DNA of 64,000 nucleotides from an uncultured Vampirovibrio sp. (GTDB lineage Bacteria; Cyanobacteriota; Vampirovibrionia; Gastranaerophilales; Gastranaerophilaceae): NCBI GenBank assembly GCA_910583725.1, contig CAJTXZ010000011.1, positions 6,219 to 70,218 of the forward strand, read 5' to 3'. Shown piece by piece: positions 1 to 10,277 of this stretch (position 1 is its first letter; each line of letters starts with the position of its first letter). The notes under the pieces were generated by a model. It saw only the letters and a program-made list of their open reading frames with translations, ran no database searches and was not told where the DNA came from. The position numbers and the translations under genes were made by a program.

Positions 1-1
1 T

Positions 2-439
2 GCTGCAAAGCTTATGCACCATAATTATCTTGGCGGGTTAATACAACATATTTATGAATGCTTGCAGTTTGCAGAGTGCATTTTTCCTAATATGCACAAG
101 AAAATCAATAAGGATATTCTTCTTGCAGCCTGCATTTTACATGATATAGGCAAGATTTTTGAATATAAAATTGATTTTGAAACCGGTTTTGTTGAATACA
201 ACGAGGAATTCAAAAAAGATTGGATTAGCCACTCTCAATACGGTTATTCCTTGTGTATGGCAAATAATCAAATGCAGATAGCAAAAATGATAGCAGCTCA
301 TCATGGCAGAAGTGATTGGGGTGCTATGATTGATTTAGGCGAGAAAGATTTAGAAAATTATTATTATATAGTACACCACATAGATGATTTATCTGCCAAA
401 TTTGGAAAAATCTACATAAGCGACCTAAAAAAAGTTTAG
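2..439 (+). CDS. HD-domain phosphohydrolase, YhaM-like 3'-5' exoribonuclease C-terminal portion (5' end cut by window edge)
   Basis: Frame is open from the window edge. Motifs HHNYLGGLIQH, LHDIGKI and AAHHGR fit the HD superfamily metal-ligand pattern as arranged in YhaM-type nucleases. Confidence 0.6.
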   Translation, partial: AAKLMHHNYLGGLIQHIYECLQFAECIFPNMHKKINKDILLAACILHDIGKIFEYKIDFETGFVEYNEEFKKDWISHSQYGYSLCMANNQMQIAKMIAAHHGRSDWGAMIDLGEKDLENYYYIVHHIDDLSAKFGKIYISDLKKV

Positions 440-453
440 AGGAATTTTATATT

Positions 454-1140
454 ATGAAAAAAATTGCAATTTTATTGGCAATGTTATTTGCCTTCTTAAT
501 GATACAAAATGTTGAGGCATATCAAATAAAAGCCGATGCCCAAACAAAAAGAATACCTGCAGGCACAAAACTGGAACTTGAAGCAGTAAACACTGTTACG
601 ACTGAAACCCTTGATGCTGGCGATATGTTCAGTGCTTATCTTACAAAGGATGTTTATATTGATGGCTCTGTAATACTTCCAAAAGGCACAATTATTCGAG
701 GAAGCTCTGCCAGTATCACAAGACCTAAAATGCTCTCTCGTGCCGCTGTATTATATTTAAATTTTGATCATATTGTAGCCCCGAATGGCAAACAAATACC
801 TCTTAAAGCAGGAATTAATTCATCTTTCAGATTAACAGAAGATGGCGGTATTGATGGCGGCGGCGGTTATGGTGAAGCACTTGCTGATAACGTAAGCAAA
901 TCAGGTGAAATTATTAGAAAATCAGCTCATTGGGGTGTAAAATCCGGCGAAGATTTATTTACAGGCGGTAAATACCTTGTAACTCCGATAGCTGCAATCG
1001 GAGGAACCATCGCAGGCGCCGGCTATCTTGTTGGTGATAGCATAATAGACCTATTTAGAAAAGGCAAAGATGTAGTAATATTAAAAGGGCAAAGATTTGG
1101 AATACTGCTTATTGAGCCTATAGACATCCCTCTTTTCTAA
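454..1140 (+). CDS. secreted hypothetical protein (signal peptide; Gly-rich hydrophobic C-terminus)
   Basis: GAGGA RBS upstream of the ATG. N-terminal MKKIAILLAMLFAFLMIQNVEA looks like a Sec signal. Distant paralog of the 46560..47195 product. Confidence 0.6.
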   Translation: MKKIAILLAMLFAFLMIQNVEAYQIKADAQTKRIPAGTKLELEAVNTVTTETLDAGDMFSAYLTKDVYIDGSVILPKGTIIRGSSASITRPKMLSRAAVLYLNFDHIVAPNGKQIPLKAGINSSFRLTEDGGIDGGGGYGEALADNVSKSGEIIRKSAHWGVKSGEDLFTGGKYLVTPIAAIGGTIAGAGYLVGDSIIDLFRKGKDVVILKGQRFGILLIEPIDIPLF

Positions 1141-1156
1141 TGAATGGTTATTAACA

Positions 1157-1645
1157 ATGAAAAAATTTTTTAATGATATTAAAGAAATATTAATAAAAAA
1201 TAATCTTAAAATATCAGCCGGCGAATCCTGTACTGGCGGGCAAATCAGCTCTTATATGACTGACATTGACGGTGCATCAAATTTTTTAGAGCAAAGTTTT
1301 GTAACGTATGCCCCTGAAGCTAAACAAAAATTTCTAAATGTAAAAAAGAAAACTATTGATGAGTTTGGTGTTGTAAGCAAGGAAGTTGCACAAGAAATGG
1401 CAAAAGGACTCCTTGAATATGCAGATGTGGCCGTTTCAACCACGGGTTATGCAGGGCCCACAGGCGGTGATGAAAAAAATCCTCTTGGTACGGTTTATAT
1501 CGGGCTCGGTTTAAAAAAGAACGGTCAAAATATTGTAAAATCTGTTAAATATATTTCAAAATACAAAACAAGATGTGAAATTAAAGAAGATTTTACAATG
1601 ACTGCTTTTAAAGAATTGTTAACATTTCTTAATGAAAATATATAA
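1157..1645 (+). CDS. pncC: CinA-family nicotinamide-nucleotide amidohydrolase (PncC domain)
   Basis: ESCTGGQISSYMT near the N-terminus and TGYAGPTGG later are typical of the CinA C-terminal/PncC domain. At 162 aa it is stand-alone size. Confidence 0.75.
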   Translation: MKKFFNDIKEILIKNNLKISAGESCTGGQISSYMTDIDGASNFLEQSFVTYAPEAKQKFLNVKKKTIDEFGVVSKEVAQEMAKGLLEYADVAVSTTGYAGPTGGDEKNPLGTVYIGLGLKKNGQNIVKSVKYISKYKTRCEIKEDFTMTAFKELLTFLNENI

Positions 1646-1728
1646 AAGGTTTATTGTAATAGCAATTTTTTAAATTCAGTGGTTTTTTTATAAATAAAAG
1701 CACCATTAACCCTAAAAGGATATAATCC

Positions 1729-2184
1729 ATGCCGGTAATTTCAAATCCAGTAAACGCAATAACAAAACCGCTTGATATTAAGCAAAATAATACAGCAAAG
1801 CTTGCAGATACTTACTTGCAAACCTTGCCAAATTCTGTAATGTCATCCGAAACTGGTAATGATGAATTTATAAAAGAGCAGCAAAGTTTTACCGGTAATT
1901 TAAATGAAACTGGACAAACACAAGGGACAAGTGTTCTTGATAATCTAAAAATTTTAGGACTAAAAATAAAAAACAATACAATGAATTTTGTCGCAAATGA
2001 TAATACCGGCATTTTTAAGGGCATTGCAACTGGCGTGGTAGCAGGAAGCATAACCTACACGGCACTTTCTATTTTAAAACATGCAAAAATGGCAAAATTT
2101 TTAGGTATAACAGCTACTATTGCAGGTTTAGCCGGACAAATATGGAATGCAAATAAAAATAATAGTTCTGATATCCAAGCCTGA
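1729..2184 (+). CDS. hypothetical membrane protein (N/Q-rich N-terminus, C-terminal TM segments)
   Basis: AAGGA RBS. Hydrophobic segments GIATGVVAGSITYTALSIL and FLGITATIAGLAGQIW. No family recognised. Confidence 0.5.
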   Translation: MPVISNPVNAITKPLDIKQNNTAKLADTYLQTLPNSVMSSETGNDEFIKEQQSFTGNLNETGQTQGTSVLDNLKILGLKIKNNTMNFVANDNTGIFKGIATGVVAGSITYTALSILKHAKMAKFLGITATIAGLAGQIWNANKNNSSDIQA

Positions 2185-2408
2185 TGTTGTGTCCTGATGA
2201 CATAAAATTTTAACAGGAATCTCAAGGCAGATAAGCCTTTATATATTATTACAGGTTTTTTGTGTTTTTAAATGCCTTTATCTGCGGTATTGTTTGGATA
2301 TTAGATTAATAAATAAATATCTGGTTTAATTTTTCTTCAAATTACTTAATTATTTCCCTTGTAAACTAAAATATAGTAAAATATTTGTGTGGAATTGTAT
2401 TGAATTTT

Positions 2409-3266
2409 ATGAGTATAAAGAAGAATAAAAACCAGTTAATTATTTCAATATTAGTCGGCATAGCAATCTTTGCCGTTACTTATCAGTTTGTAATACGCCA
2501 GCATCAGGAAAATCTCAGGCAAAAAGAAGAAATCGCAAAGCTTAAAAGCGGTATTGGAGTTACCGCTCCCGTAAATGATGAAAATACTACAATTTACGTT
2601 GTAGCTAAAGTTGATATCCCAAAAGACCACACCATAACAAACGATGATGTGGAGCTCAAAGACCTGGGCATGAAAACAAAAGGTGTTTTTACTGATTTAA
2701 AAACAGTGATAGGCGCAAAAACAACCAAAGAAATAGAGGCAGGACACCCTGTTGCAAAAAATAGTCTGGATGTTGTTGTATCTGAAACGACAAGCCTGGA
2801 CGAGCCTCGAGCTGGATATAGGGCAGTCGCTGCAACAGTTGCAGCAAATAGAATGGCTCCGTTTATAGAAGATGGCGCCTATATTGATATTTACACTGCG
2901 AATAATACAATTCAGGCAACAAATGTAAGGGTTTTAAAAATACTAGACTCAGGCGGAAAATCAAATAAATTAATTCTTTTCGAGATTAAGGAAGAAGATG
3001 TCGGGCCGTTTATATATGGCATGACCGAAGATAAACTCATTCCTGTGCAGAAGAATAAAAACGATAAGACAGAATATTCTTTTGCCTATGACCCGTTTAA
3101 ATATTCTTCCTACACTGTTTCAAACGAAGATATGACAGATGGCTTTAATTCATCAGAAATACCGCAGGATGGAGGCGGAAATTATTATGTTCCTGTAAGC
3201 AGTACAAACAAGACTGAAAGCGTTGAAGTTATTCAGGGAAGCAAAAAAGAAACATTGGATTTTTAA
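2409..3266 (+). CDS. cpaB: Flp pilus assembly protein CpaB/RcpC
   Basis: N-terminal TM anchor, SAF-like segment (IYVVAKVDIPKDHTITNDDVELKDL) and GYRAVAATV...GAYIDIY motif. Sits directly upstream of the secretin. The internal ATG at 2409 is preferred over the GTG at 2385. Confidence 0.75.
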   Translation: MSIKKNKNQLIISILVGIAIFAVTYQFVIRQHQENLRQKEEIAKLKSGIGVTAPVNDENTTIYVVAKVDIPKDHTITNDDVELKDLGMKTKGVFTDLKTVIGAKTTKEIEAGHPVAKNSLDVVVSETTSLDEPRAGYRAVAATVAANRMAPFIEDGAYIDIYTANNTIQATNVRVLKILDSGGKSNKLILFEIKEEDVGPFIYGMTEDKLIPVQKNKNDKTEYSFAYDPFKYSSYTVSNEDMTDGFNSSEIPQDGGGNYYVPVSSTNKTESVEVIQGSKKETLDF

Positions 3267-3270
3267 TAAG

Positions 3271-4584
3271 ATGAAGAATATTCTTAAATTCATAACTTTA
3301 ATATGTTTAATTTTTCAGGCAGGCATAGCAGGCGCTGAATTTCGTGATGTTAATACCGACAAAATTATAGGTGATATACCTGTTGTAAATGCCTCTGTTC
3401 AAAATACCATTCCTGCTGCCAATAACGCTGTTAAGGATAACAACAAAAAACTCTATGGCGTTGTTGGAAAGTCGCAGGTTTTAAATTTTGATACAGGAAT
3501 AAAAAGGGTCTCAATAGCTGACCCGAATATTGCAGATGTGGTTGTAATTTCTCCAAGGCAATTAATTGTAAATGGCAAAAAAGCAGGCTCAACAAGCCTA
3601 ATCTTCTGGAGTAAAAATTCAACTGCGCCGGTATTTTACAACCTTACCATACAACAAGATACTGACGGTTTTCTTGAAGCTGTAAACTATATTGCGCCAA
3701 ATGAAGATATAACCATTATTTTCAACAATAATGGTGCCGTGATGAGTGGTTTTATAAGCTCTTCAAATATAAAAGAACAAATTCAAAGTCTTGCAAAATC
3801 TTATAATGTCAACCTTACAGATATGACAGAAAGCCCCACAAAACAGGTTCTGCTTGAAGTAAGGGTGACAGAAATTTCTAAAAACTTCACAAGAGATTTA
3901 GGTGTTCAGTTTGGATACGGTAAGGACGCAGCAAGCTTGAGCGATTATCTTTCAGGCCTAATAGCTTCAAATCCCCTGACAAGACTCAACCAAATATTTT
4001 CAAATTCCGGATTTAGCTATTATTTATATGATAAAAGCAGCAAAATTGCCGCGACAATAAATGCTGCCGAAGAAAAAGGCGATATAAAAATACTCGCAGA
4101 ACCAAAATTACTTGCAGTAAATAACGAAGATGCAAGTTTTAATGTGGGCAACGAAGTGCCAATCCCCTCAGAAGTAGGCGACAACGGCAATGTTTCTTAT
4201 GATTTTAAAGAAACAGGCGTTATATTAAAATTTAAGCCTACTATTATGGAAAAAACAGGAAGAGTCCGCTTAAAATTAAGCCCTGAAGTTTCTGAAATTG
4301 ACCGGTCCGCAGGTATTATAACAGGCGACAGGACTCAGGTGCCGGGCTTTAAGACTCGCAAAGTAGACACAACCGTTGAATTAATGGACGGCGAAACCCT
4401 TGTAATAGCAGGACTTTTAACAAGTACAACCACAAAGAATAAAACCCAGGTGCCGGGCTTAGGAAATATTCCAATATTAGGTGTATTGTTTAGAAACTCA
4501 AGTGATGTTACAAATGATTCAGAGCTTGTAATATTCATTACGCCAAAGATTGTGGATAATATGTCCCGTGTGGATGATATTTAA
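3271..4584 (+). CDS. cpaC: Tad/Cpa secretin CpaC/RcpA
   Basis: Signal peptide MKNILKFITLICLIFQAGIAGA. N-terminal BON-like pilus-formation segment (ADPNIADVVVISPRQLIVNGKKAGSTSLIFW). C-terminal secretin signature VPGLGNIPILGVLFRNS...ELVIFITPKIV. Confidence 0.85.
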   Translation: MKNILKFITLICLIFQAGIAGAEFRDVNTDKIIGDIPVVNASVQNTIPAANNAVKDNNKKLYGVVGKSQVLNFDTGIKRVSIADPNIADVVVISPRQLIVNGKKAGSTSLIFWSKNSTAPVFYNLTIQQDTDGFLEAVNYIAPNEDITIIFNNNGAVMSGFISSSNIKEQIQSLAKSYNVNLTDMTESPTKQVLLEVRVTEISKNFTRDLGVQFGYGKDAASLSDYLSGLIASNPLTRLNQIFSNSGFSYYLYDKSSKIAATINAAEEKGDIKILAEPKLLAVNNEDASFNVGNEVPIPSEVGDNGNVSYDFKETGVILKFKPTIMEKTGRVRLKLSPEVSEIDRSAGIITGDRTQVPGFKTRKVDTTVELMDGETLVIAGLLTSTTTKNKTQVPGLGNIPILGVLFRNSSDVTNDSELVIFITPKIVDNMSRVDDI

Positions 4585-4596
4585 GGTAAAACAGAT

Positions 4597-5811
4597 ATGG
4601 GAATAAAAATAGATACCGTAATAATAGATCCTGAAAATAATTCCAGAGAAATAATATTGAATTATCTTGCCCAAGTGCCGGATATAAATATTACTCAGGA
4701 ATTTAATGATGTTTTGACCGCTATGAATTTTATTATCGAAAGCAGGCCAAACCTTATTATTGTAGATATTTCCCAAAAAACGCAGATGGCACTTGACATC
4801 ATTGTAAAAATATCAAACTCTCTAAAAAATTCTAAAATAATTGTCCTCTCATATGACATGAGCCCTGAAATTGTAATTAAAGCACTAAGGGCAGGAGCCA
4901 GGGAATTTTTAACAAAACCTCTTATAGAGGCGGAATTCATACAGTCTGTTGAAAAACTAAAAGATTTAATCTTAGGCAATATAAACGATACTACAAAATG
5001 CAAGGTTATAACAACGTTTTCAAACAAAGGCGGTATTGGAAAGACAGCTATAGCCACCAATCTGGCTGTTGAAATTGCCAATATGACAAAAGAAAGGGTT
5101 GCCCTTGTAGATTTAAATATGCAAATGGGAGATGTTACAACCTTTTTAGACCTTAATCCATCTTTTGATACAGCTTATGTTATTAATAACCTTGAAAGAA
5201 TTGATGAAGGGTTTTTATTATCCACCCTTGAGAAGTACCATAATTCAAGCCTTTATGTCCTCGCTGACCCCCCTGATTTGGAGCAGGCAGAGGTTATAAC
5301 GTCAGAAAATATTACAACTTTGATAAATGTTTTAAGAAACGTTTTCTCATATATTATAATTGACACAACTGCAAGTTTTGACGGCAAAACTATTACAGCC
5401 CTTGACAATTCAGACCTCGTTCTTTTGATTACAATAGTAAACCTGCCATCTGTAAGAAACTGCCAGAGATGCTTTGATTTATTCAAAAGACTTGGCTATA
5501 CAAAGGATAAAATAAAAATAATCGTAAATCGTTATATGGAAAATGACGAAATAAAAGCAGAAGATGTTGAAGAAGTGCTTGGCCACCCCGTATACTTTAA
5601 GATTCCAAATAACTATTTTACAATCATAAATGCTATAAACAAGGGACTTCCTGTCTGTGAAATAAATCCCCATTCAAATATTGCAAAAAGTTTCAGAGAG
5701 CTTGCAGCCTTATTATCTGATAATTTTACATATACAAACAGCCAAAAACCGCAAAAACGCGAAAAATCATTCAACCTTCTGGATATTTTTAAGAAAAAGG
5801 AGGAAAACTAA
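4597..5811 (+). CDS. cpaE: CpaE/TadZ: receiver-like N-domain fused to a MinD/ParA-type ATPase
   Basis: REC-like N-terminus (LIIVDIS...KIIVLS...GAREFLTKP). Deviant Walker A SNKGGIGKTAIATNLA. Located between the secretin and cpaF. Confidence 0.8.
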   Translation: MGIKIDTVIIDPENNSREIILNYLAQVPDINITQEFNDVLTAMNFIIESRPNLIIVDISQKTQMALDIIVKISNSLKNSKIIVLSYDMSPEIVIKALRAGAREFLTKPLIEAEFIQSVEKLKDLILGNINDTTKCKVITTFSNKGGIGKTAIATNLAVEIANMTKERVALVDLNMQMGDVTTFLDLNPSFDTAYVINNLERIDEGFLLSTLEKYHNSSLYVLADPPDLEQAEVITSENITTLINVLRNVFSYIIIDTTASFDGKTITALDNSDLVLLITIVNLPSVRNCQRCFDLFKRLGYTKDKIKIIVNRYMENDEIKAEDVEEVLGHPVYFKIPNNYFTIINAINKGLPVCEINPHSNIAKSFRELAALLSDNFTYTNSQKPQKREKSFNLLDIFKKKEEN

Positions 5812-7320
5812 TTGTCATTAAAAGACAGACTAAGCTCCACAGGCGGAATCAAGCAGCCGTCCAAAAAAAATGAAGCCGATATTGTAGGCAACATACCTTT
5901 GAGTGAAGAGTTTTCATCCTTAAAAGAAAAATTGCACTCACTTCTTATTGAAAAAGTAAACTCAACTCCAAGCTGGTCTTCATACAATGATGATGAGCAA
6001 AAACAGCTCATCCGCCAGTTTATTGAGGGACAGCTTAATGCAAATTTTCGCTCTGTTCCTTTAAATAAAGATGAAAGAGAACAGTTAATAAAAGAAATCA
6101 TTCAGGAAGCAAAAGGCTTTGGGCCATTGGACCCCTTGCTTGAAGATGCAAGCATAAGTGATATTTTGGTTAACGGTGCAAAAAAAGTTTACGTTGAAAA
6201 AGACGGCAAACTATATAAAACATCCATTGTGTTTAAAGATAATAATCACCTCAAGAATATTATTGAAAGAATTGTTTCAAAAATCGGAAGAAGGATTGAT
6301 GAAAAATCCCCGATGGTTGACGCCAGACTTGCAGACGGCTCCCGTGTTAATGCTATAATTCCTCCTCTTGCAATAGACGGGCCCTCGCTTTCAATTAGAA
6401 GGTTTAAGGCTGATGCCGGAACTATAGAAAGCCTTCTTCGGTGGGGTTCTATCAGTAAGGAAATGGCAGAAGTGTTAGAAGCTGCCGTTGCGGCAAGATG
6501 TAATATTGTAATATCAGGCGGAACGGGTGCTGGAAAAACCACACTCCTGAATAGTTTATCCGCAAAAATTCCCTCAGGGGAAAGAATTATAACAATCGAA
6601 GACTCTGCTGAGTTAAGTTTGCAGCAAGACCATGTTGTAAGGCTTGAAACAAGGCCCTCAAACATCGAAGGGCAGGGCGAAATTACAGCAAGGGATTTGG
6701 TTATAAACTCTCTTCGTATGCGCCCTGATAGAATAATAATCGGAGAGTGCCGTGGCGCTGAAACACTTGATATGCTCCAGGCCATGAATACAGGCCATGA
6801 CGGCTCTTTGACTACGCTCCATGCTAATTCGCCAAGGGATGCCCTCTCAAGGCTTGAAACCATGGTCATGTATTCAGGAATTGACTTGCCTGAAAGGAAC
6901 ATAAAAAATCAGATAGCCTCTGCCATTAATATAATTATACAGGCTTCAAGGCTTCAGGATGGCTCAAGAAAGGTAACAAAAGTTTCTGAAATTGTCGGCA
7001 TGGAAGAAAATGTCATTACAATGCAGGATATTTTTGTGTGGGAGCAAACCGGCGCAAGCTTTAAAACGGTTATGGGAATGCATGTTTCAACAGGTGTAAG
7101 GCCCAAATTTGTTGACAGAATCAAAGCAAGAGGTATGGATATTAATCTTCAATACTTTGATAAAAATCACCGTCATACATATTTAACAAGAAATAATCCG
7201 CCTTCAGGAATAAACATACAGCCCAAAGAACAGCCGGACCCGCGTCTCCAGCCGAAAGAGTCCGCTGCAAGAAAAATGTCTAATACTGATTTAGATCTTT
7301 TAAAAAGGCTTAAAAGATGA
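5812..7320 (+). CDS. cpaF: Tad secretion ATPase CpaF/TadA
   Basis: Walker A GGTGAGKTTLLN, IIIGECRG, and His box TGHDGSLTTLHAN typical of the VirB11/CpaF family. TTG start abuts the cpaE stop. Confidence 0.9.
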   Translation: MSLKDRLSSTGGIKQPSKKNEADIVGNIPLSEEFSSLKEKLHSLLIEKVNSTPSWSSYNDDEQKQLIRQFIEGQLNANFRSVPLNKDEREQLIKEIIQEAKGFGPLDPLLEDASISDILVNGAKKVYVEKDGKLYKTSIVFKDNNHLKNIIERIVSKIGRRIDEKSPMVDARLADGSRVNAIIPPLAIDGPSLSIRRFKADAGTIESLLRWGSISKEMAEVLEAAVAARCNIVISGGTGAGKTTLLNSLSAKIPSGERIITIEDSAELSLQQDHVVRLETRPSNIEGQGEITARDLVINSLRMRPDRIIIGECRGAETLDMLQAMNTGHDGSLTTLHANSPRDALSRLETMVMYSGIDLPERNIKNQIASAINIIIQASRLQDGSRKVTKVSEIVGMEENVITMQDIFVWEQTGASFKTVMGMHVSTGVRPKFVDRIKARGMDINLQYFDKNHRHTYLTRNNPPSGINIQPKEQPDPRLQPKESAARKMSNTDLDLLKRLKR

Positions 7321-8276
7321 TTGCTTTTTTAATTTCATTGTTACTTGGTTTTTTATGCTTTATATTTGTTGCAAACCTTTATCAGGTGCGTATTCCAAGG
7401 GCACCTGAAATTGAAAAGCGTCTTGAGGGCATAAAAAAAAGCTCTGAACAGCAAACAACCGATATTAACCCTGATTTTATGATGGTTGAGACCGAGTTTA
7501 AATTTGGTTTTTTAAGTAAATATTTAAAAGATTTTAAGCCGGCAGAATATCTTAAAAATTTGCTCTACTATGCTGACTTAAACATACAGGTTGATGTTTT
7601 CATGCTCATTTCTGTTTTATGCTGTCTTCCTTTTGCATTGATTTCTATCTTTACAACGCCTTATATAATCGTACTCGGCATATTGTGTTCATTTATACCA
7701 TTTGTTGTCGTAAAGTTTTTGATAATGAAGCGCACAAACCTCTTTACGCAGCAATTCCCGGAGGCGCTTGATTTATTGTCAAGCTCTCTGCGCGCGGGAC
7801 ATTCTCTATATAGCGCATTCGATGTAATTGTAAAAGAAATGCCCTCGCCTATAAATCAGGTCTTTAAAAGCGCTGTTGATGAAATTGCATTCGGTATAGA
7901 CACAAAAGACGCAATCCTTTCCCTTACAAGGGTTATGCCCTTTAGTATGGATTTAAAATTTTTTACGACAGCTGTTATTTTGCAAAGAGAAGTCGGCGGA
8001 AACCTTGCCAAAGTTTTAGACAGCCTGTCTGTCACGATAAGAGAACGTTTTAAAATGCTTGGCCAATTAAAGGCGCAAACCTCCCAATCAAAGTTTTCAG
8101 GAATCGTCTTAACCCTTGTGCCGCCATTAATTGCCATAGTTTTATTCTTTATATCACCGGGATATATGGACCCTCTTCTCCATACGACGCAAGGCAATAT
8201 TGCAATAGGAATAGCTGCAGCAATGCTCAGTATCGGAATCTTTTGTATAGTTAAAATTCTCTCAATTGAAATATAA
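7317..8276 (+). CDS. tadB: Tad platform protein TadB (T2SS-F family)
   Basis: Polytopic membrane protein with the FPEALDLLSSSLRAGHSL motif of the GspF/TadB family. 4-nt overlap with cpaF. Confidence 0.8.
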   Translation: MIAFLISLLLGFLCFIFVANLYQVRIPRAPEIEKRLEGIKKSSEQQTTDINPDFMMVETEFKFGFLSKYLKDFKPAEYLKNLLYYADLNIQVDVFMLISVLCCLPFALISIFTTPYIIVLGILCSFIPFVVVKFLIMKRTNLFTQQFPEALDLLSSSLRAGHSLYSAFDVIVKEMPSPINQVFKSAVDEIAFGIDTKDAILSLTRVMPFSMDLKFFTTAVILQREVGGNLAKVLDSLSVTIRERFKMLGQLKAQTSQSKFSGIVLTLVPPLIAIVLFFISPGYMDPLLHTTQGNIAIGIAAAMLSIGIFCIVKILSIEI

Positions 8277-8285
8277 AAGGATAAT

Positions 8286-9188
8286 ATGAACTACCTATTA
8301 ATACCGACATTATTTGGCCTATGGGCTGCATATGTAACCTTTGTTCTTATCCAAAAAGAAGATAGCTTCTTAACAAAAAGGATAAAAAATGCAGGGAAAA
8401 AATATAAAACCTCTTCAAGAAAATTTTTCGACAACCTTCTTGAAGTTTTAAGACCCCTAACTGCAGGCAACATAAAGAATATAAATGTTAAAAATAAGAT
8501 AAAAGCTCTGCTTGTCAGGGTTGGCGCGCCATCATCAGAAGATGATATTCTCGATTTTGAAAATAGAAGGCTTATGGTTGTATTATTCGTTTCTTTGTTT
8601 TGTGCTGTCCTTTTAACTATCTATAAGCTTAATCAGGTAGTATTATGCATAAGCTGTGTTGCAATCTATTTTGCCTATAAATACCCTGAAATAAAGATTA
8701 AGCGCCTCATAAATATTAGAGAAAAAGATTTCTTAAAAAATTTTCCTGATGCCATAGATATGCTATCCGTTTGTGTAGAAGCGGGTCTTGGCCTTGATGG
8801 AGCTGTAGAGCGTGTAGGAAGAGAGTTTCAAGCCTTTTCTCCCACCATAGGATATGAATTTATAAGGCTCTCGCAGGATGTGCAATCCGGCCTGCCCAGA
8901 GGCGAAGCCCTTAATAATCTTACAAAAAGAATTCACTGTAAAGACCTCCAATCATTTGTAGCACTTATTGTACAGTCTGAAACCCTTGGTACAGGTATAG
9001 CCCAGCCATTAGCTGTTTATTGCGACACTCTAAGAAGCAGAAAAAAACAAAGAATTGAAGAATTGGTTCAAACCTCCTCTGCCAAAATGACCATTCCAAT
9101 GATTTTATTTATGCTTCCTGCCATGTTTATTGTAATCCTCTATCCATCCGTAATAAAACTTTTAGAGGCTCTAAAAACAATGCACTAA
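8286..9188 (+). CDS. tadC: Tad platform protein TadC (T2SS-F family)
   Basis: FPDAIDMLSVCVEAGLGL motif, TM segments at both ends, second GspF-like gene after tadB. Confidence 0.8.
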   Translation: MNYLLIPTLFGLWAAYVTFVLIQKEDSFLTKRIKNAGKKYKTSSRKFFDNLLEVLRPLTAGNIKNINVKNKIKALLVRVGAPSSEDDILDFENRRLMVVLFVSLFCAVLLTIYKLNQVVLCISCVAIYFAYKYPEIKIKRLINIREKDFLKNFPDAIDMLSVCVEAGLGLDGAVERVGREFQAFSPTIGYEFIRLSQDVQSGLPRGEALNNLTKRIHCKDLQSFVALIVQSETLGTGIAQPLAVYCDTLRSRKKQRIEELVQTSSAKMTIPMILFMLPAMFIVILYPSVIKLLEALKTMH

Positions 9189-9203
9189 ACATCCGGATAT
9201 ATT

Positions 9204-10274
9204 ATGAAAAAAAACTACAATAAATATATAAAAAAATGTTTTATACTTGCAAAGAAAGGCAAAAAAGAAGCTCCTCCAAACCCCCTTGTGGGCTGTCTTA
9301 TCACAGACAAGGATAATAATATAATAGCGGAGGGATATCATAAAAAATTTGGCCAAAACCACGCCGAAAGAAATGCCCTTCTTGGTTTTGAAGGCAAATG
9401 CCCTGATGGCTGTACACTATACGTTAATCTTGAACCATGTTCGCACTACGGAAAAACCCCTCCCTGCGCTGATTTAATCATTGAAAAAGGCATAAAAAAA
9501 GTTGTTATTTCAATGAAAGACCCAAACCCCATTGTGTCAGGAGCCGGCATAAAAAAGTTGCAAAACACAGGAATTGATGTAATAACAGGAGTCTTAGAAG
9601 AGGAAGCCAAAGAACTGAACAAAGTTTTTATAAAAAATATCACGCAAAAAAAACCTTATATCCTAATCAAAACAGCAATCACGCTTGATTCTAAGATTGC
9701 GCTTGAAAACGGCGAATCTAAATGGATAACCGACGATTTTTCAAGATATCAGGTAATGAAATTAAGAAGCGATTATCAGGCAATTATGACAGGCGCAGGC
9801 ACTGTTTTAGCGGATAATCCGAGCCTTGCATCAAGAATTAAAAACGGCCGAAACCCAATAAGAATAGTGTTAGACAGAGAAGGCAAAATTCCCCTTGATT
9901 ACAATGTTTTTAAGGATAACACGGAAAAAATTTTTGTTGTGACAAATTCAGATAACAAATACCCAAGCCACATCCAAAAAATCAATTTTAAAGACTATGA
10001 CAGCCTTTTTAAGGAACTTTATGATTTAGGTATATTCAGTATACTAATTGAAGCTGGTGCGGGCTTAAATTCAAGTATAATCGCCTCAAAGGAGGCAGAT
10101 GAAATTACCGCATTTATGGCTCCAAAAATTTTTGGCGGCGGATTGCCGTTTATAAAGGGTTTTAGCTTTAATAAGCCGGATGAGTGCATAAAACTAAAGG
10201 ATTTTACGTGTAAAAAATTGAAAAATGATATTTTAATAAATGCAAAATTCCTGTATGATAATAAGGAAGGATAA
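9204..10274 (+). CDS. ribD: bifunctional riboflavin biosynthesis deaminase/reductase RibD
   Basis: Zinc deaminase motifs HAERNAL and PCSHYGKTPPC, plus a C-terminal RibD reductase-length domain. Confidence 0.9.
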   Translation: MKKNYNKYIKKCFILAKKGKKEAPPNPLVGCLITDKDNNIIAEGYHKKFGQNHAERNALLGFEGKCPDGCTLYVNLEPCSHYGKTPPCADLIIEKGIKKVVISMKDPNPIVSGAGIKKLQNTGIDVITGVLEEEAKELNKVFIKNITQKKPYILIKTAITLDSKIALENGESKWITDDFSRYQVMKLRSDYQAIMTGAGTVLADNPSLASRIKNGRNPIRIVLDREGKIPLDYNVFKDNTEKIFVVTNSDNKYPSHIQKINFKDYDSLFKELYDLGIFSILIEAGAGLNSSIIASKEADEITAFMAPKIFGGGLPFIKGFSFNKPDECIKLKDFTCKKLKNDILINAKFLYDNKEG

Positions 10275-10277
10275 AAA

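Noticed and set aside
6246-6902. 218-aa antisense ORF inside cpaF. Similar long shadow ORFs occur at 4695..5081, 16477..16881, 18880..19497, 21576..21959, 41627..42055 and 60306..61171.
   Set aside because: Each lies entirely within, and antisense or out of frame to, a gene with strong family motifs. These are typical shadow ORFs.
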